A stretch of DNA of 64,000 nt from the NCBI GenBank assembly GCA_951406725.2, contig OX597824.1, forward strand, positions 16,120,001 through 16,184,000, given 5' to 3'. The translations under genes were made by a program, and so were the position numbers. The stretch is from Octopus vulgaris. Taxonomy: Eukaryota. The notes beneath the pieces are model-generated. The model ran no database searches. It was not told where the DNA came from and saw only the letters and a list, made by a program, of their open reading frames with translations. Within the stretch, counting starts at the first letter, position 1. The number at the start of each line of letters is the position of its first letter. Below are positions 59,052 through 64,000 of this stretch, piece after piece.

Positions 59052-59486
59052 CTTACATACATACATACATATATAGATACATATTGGCATGCATTTTATT
59101 GGTGGGTGATTCATATAAAATTTGATCTGGTTTCTCGTTGAATACTTATATGGATGTATGTTATTTATTATTTTATTATTTTATCTAGTTTTAGCTTACG
59201 AGCCGTGGCCATGCTGGGGCACCGCCATTTATATGTTCATATATTTGAACTATAAACATCGGTTGCATACATATCGTATCCATTTGGCATCGAAGCGAAT
59301 ATGAATGATGTATAGTTCTCAAAACTTTATTTTTAGCACTTTCTGAAAAATGGGTTTGATATTGGTGAACAAGAGGAAATCTTACGCTTAACTACATCTC
59401 GTCCTTTACACCCCGTGTCCTGTATACAATAGAATCATATACCATATTATATCACATTATATCATATTATAGCTATCTATCTATCT

Positions 59487-59517
<31 letters not shown>

Positions 59518-59556
59518 CACATACATACATACGTGCATAAATACATACATACATAT

Positions 59557-59878
59557 ATCACCGTGATCACCGTGACCGACCAGGCTATCAGATGTTGCTA
59601 CACATCGCTGGTCACAATGCGCTCGCATTGTTTTTTTTAGCCTTCGAATGAAGCCACGTCACCCCGCTGGCTAAGCAAGCAGGCCAACAGAAGAAAGAGT
59701 GAGAGAAAGTTGTGGTGAAAGAGTACGGCAGGAATCGTCACCACCCCCTGCCGAAGGCTCGTGGCGCTTTTAGGTGTTTTCACTCAATAAACACTCACAA
59801 CGACCGGTCTGGGAATCGAAACCGCGATCTTACGACCGCGAGTCCGCTGCCCTAACCACTCGGCCATTGCGCCTCCAC
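59557..59878 (-). mobile_element. SINE C, tail type 1
   Basis: Same family as 16156-16474. It lies between CATA/TA repeats and (CA)n. Confidence 0.9.
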
Positions 59879-59882
59879 ACAA

Positions 59883-59938
<56 letters not shown>

Positions 59939-60434
59939 ATATATATATATATGGATATATATGTATATATATGTATATAAATATACAAAAATGTATATTT
60001 ATATTTACATAGGCATATATTAATATATAGATATATCAATAGATAGATATCAAATTATATTAATTTTTATAAGTTCAAATTCTCAAATATTCACATATGG
60101 AAACATACACAATGATATATGTAAGATACTTTTGTATAGCTATATTAAAAAAAAATACATAGCGATATTAACTGTTTCAAGTATCCAGGCAAATACTTGT
60201 CCGGTTTCTGGCCACTATCTTACTGGACCTTTCCGCTACTGTTCGATTGGGGCTGACGTGCTGCACAAACAACACCCGCAATAGCGTCAAACAGTTACTT
60301 GCCGATATCAAAGGATACAAATTCTTCACAATTCAAACTACAAACACACACACACAAACACACACACACACGCACATACAGAGAAATATATGGATAGATA
60401 TAGATATACAGATAAACATAAGTTTCTACATGTA

Positions 60435-60603
60435 GGTGTGTGCGTGTATGGTAAGTAGCTTCCTTAGCAGCCACATGGTTCCGGGTTCAGTCCTACTACG
60501 TGGCACGTAGTACAAGTGTCTTTTACTATAGCCTCGGGCCGACAAAAGCCTTAGTGAGTGGATTTGGTAGACGGAAACTGAAAGAAGCCCTTCGTATGTA
60601 TGC

Positions 60604-60652
<49 letters not shown>

Positions 60653-60899
60653 TGTGTGTGTATATGTTTGTGTGTATGTGTTTGTGTGTCGGTGTTTCCA
60701 CACAACACCAAGATCACTTGACAACATACTGGTCTGTTTATGTCCCCGTAACGTAGAGGTTCGGCACAAGACACCGATAGAATAAGTACTACGCATACAA
60801 AGAATATGTCCTAGGGCCGATTTGCTCGACTAAAGGAGGTGCTCAAGCATGGCCGCAGTCAAATGACTGAAACAAGTAAAAGAAAAGAATAAAAGAATA

Positions 60900-60900
<1 letters not shown>
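60435..60900 (+). mobile_element. SINE B
   Basis: Head, body and tail motifs are present. Confidence 0.88.
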
Positions 60901-60932
<32 letters not shown>

Positions 60933-61004
60933 GTAATTATATATACAATCTAGAGGGTACTGTATTCGCTTTTATCGTTCAACAATGATAGCTAACCTCA
61001 GTGA

Positions 61005-61133
<129 letters not shown>

Positions 61134-61364
61134 TGACATATATGTGTGTGTATTTATACATACGTATACGATCTCATATATATAATTCATAGTAATATTT
61201 TGGTGCGTCAACGAAAACTGCAAGTCACAGATAATAAAATCTTCAGCGATAAATTTCTTTCTACTCTGATTAAAATATGCAAATCATTAGAGGTATATAA
61301 ACACACAGAAGCGCCTATTTATGAGGAAATTTATACATACATACATATATACATACATACATAC

Positions 61365-61417
<53 letters not shown>

Positions 61418-61738
61418 TACATACATATATATACATGCATTTATACGCATACACACCCACATGCATAACATATATAAGCATATATTTGTGTATGCACAAT
61501 GTATATTGCTATTTCTTTGTGTATATATACATACCATGTACATATGCATACTTTGTGTGTGTGTAACTATACACACACATACACTCAGGCACACAAGTGT
61601 TTATGCATAATTATCTATACCCATATATATATACGACAGACCCAAAACACATGGACGCTCACCTGTAGGCTCGCCAATATGTCCATATACACACACACAC
61701 ACACACATATGTATATATATACATATATATATATATGT

Positions 61739-61801
<63 letters not shown>

Positions 61802-61834
61802 TATATACATATATATATGTACATATATATATAC

Positions 61835-61955
<121 letters not shown>

Positions 61956-61991
61956 TATATGTATATGTAAATATAAATATACGTTTATGTA

Positions 61992-62051
<60 letters not shown>

Positions 62052-62111
62052 GATTCACAGTGAAATCTAAACTGTAAATTATCAGGTATATACTATAAGT
62101 TTTATTATCTA

Positions 62112-62200
<89 letters not shown>

Positions 62201-62469
62201 CAAACACACACAGAGAAAGACTGAAAGTCAGAGATAGAGTGAGAGAGAGAGCTAAACGGAGAGAGAAAGTATGGTCGAGTGTTTTAGAGTTATATGTGTA
62301 TATATAACTTTTCTATAGGCTTATTTTCTTTTATGGTCTGTGTATTCCGACCCGTCTCCTTCTTCGTTCGCTTCACATCCGCATTGACTCGTATACAAAG
62401 GACAGCCAATTAAACACTTTTGCACTCTCGGTGATTTCTCCAGCTAGTCCTTGCATGCTTGTGCTCGTT

Positions 62470-62500
<31 letters not shown>

Positions 62501-62663
62501 ACACAGACACACACACACACACACACAAAGACACACACAGACACACACACACACTCGCACACACTCACACACACGAATGCATGCAAGTACATATAGTTAC
62601 ACAGTCACGCACACACCTATGAAACCGCACACAAGCGCATACGCAATCACACAAGCTAATCTA

Positions 62664-62727
<64 letters not shown>

Positions 62728-62867
62728 TATACACATATATATATATACAGATATATATGTGTATATATATATATAAATATAAATATATATATATATAGAT
62801 AGGTATATATATATATATATATACGTTTATTAACGATCGTACCAAATTGCCGGAGTCATTCTTGTTG

Positions 62868-62930
<63 letters not shown>

Positions 62931-62981
62931 GTATATATGCATATATATCTGTTACGCATGGTTACTGAAATATACGTTGTG

Positions 62982-63021
<40 letters not shown>

Positions 63022-63562
63022 ATTGTGTTTTCTGTATAATTAATTGTACATCTGCAATGTGCAGCGGGTGTGTCTCCGTGTATATGTATTCACATATGTA
63101 TATATATATATATATGCATATTAGTTAAAAACCTTATGATATCTACATACCTATTTATTTGCTTGAATGCAAAGTTTTATCTCATGTACGATCAAATTTA
63201 GTTACATACGAATTTAAATGCCCACGTATATATGAATACTATCACATTATGCTGCTTCAAGCACACATTCACAAACACTCTCATATCTATACAAACGCAC
63301 AGCATAAACACAAATGAACGCATATATAGAGATATATAGTATATATTAATCAGCATAAATAAAGAAACACACGGACTGACAGATTATCTGATGGACAGAT
63401 GCATAAAATGTCCTGTGTGTGTGTGCTAGGTACTTATGTATTAATCAGCATAGAACGAGGAATATTTTAGATATAATGGAATAAAATAACAAGAAAAATA
63501 TGCAACTTTTACGTCCTGAATGTAAAGAAATATGATAGATATTTAAATTGATAGTTACTTGA

Positions 63563-63621
63563 ATAGATAGATGGATGGATAGATAGATAAATAGATAGAT
63601 AGACGTATGGGCAGATAGGTT

Positions 63622-63675
<54 letters not shown>

Positions 63676-63693
63676 CGTATGGGCAGATAGGTT

Positions 63694-63759
<66 letters not shown>

Positions 63760-63818
63760 CGTATGGGCAGATAGGTTGATTGATAGATAGATAGATAAAT
63801 AGATAGATAGATAAATAA

Positions 63819-63868
<50 letters not shown>

Positions 63869-63985
63869 GGATAGATAGAGAGATGAATTGATAGATATAT
63901 AGATAGATAGAGCTAAGAGAAATACAGAACGCGCTAGATAGATCGATCGATAGAAAGATCGATAGATGGATAGATGGATACATAG
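63563..63985. repeat. (GATA)n with a higher-order unit gacgtatgggcagataggttga repeated three times
   Basis: Units at ~63602, ~63674 and ~63758. Confidence 0.9.
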
Positions 63986-64000
63986 ACAAATATATTGATA

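Overview
This is AT-rich, repeat-saturated eukaryotic genomic DNA. The SINE families and microsatellite load match what I recall of octopus (coleoid cephalopod) genomes; this was not checked by a database search. I recognise no intact protein-coding gene, and nearly all ORFs in the track are translations of microsatellites or SINEs. The window contains four tRNA-derived SINE families (dozens of copies, one forming head-to-tail multimers), several decayed Tc1/mariner elements and MITEs, RTE and R4/Dong-type LINE fragments, and non-autonomous Helitron/Helentron-like elements. A few splice-site-bounded unique islands on the minus strand may be exons. The most unusual signal is a recurring class of short non-coding elements, often fold-back and often next to (TA)n tracts, that carry minimal hammerhead-ribozyme motifs of the Penelope-like-element type. 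Two of these motifs have reciprocal substitutions at the core 3:8 base pair (A3-U8, U3-A8). Other notable observations are apparent self-targeting of SINE A at GGTAT, a SINE tail swap that coincides with a change in insertion context, a perfect 154-bp-arm palindrome, and a 743-bp tandem duplication. All coordinates were counted by eye and may be off by a few bases.
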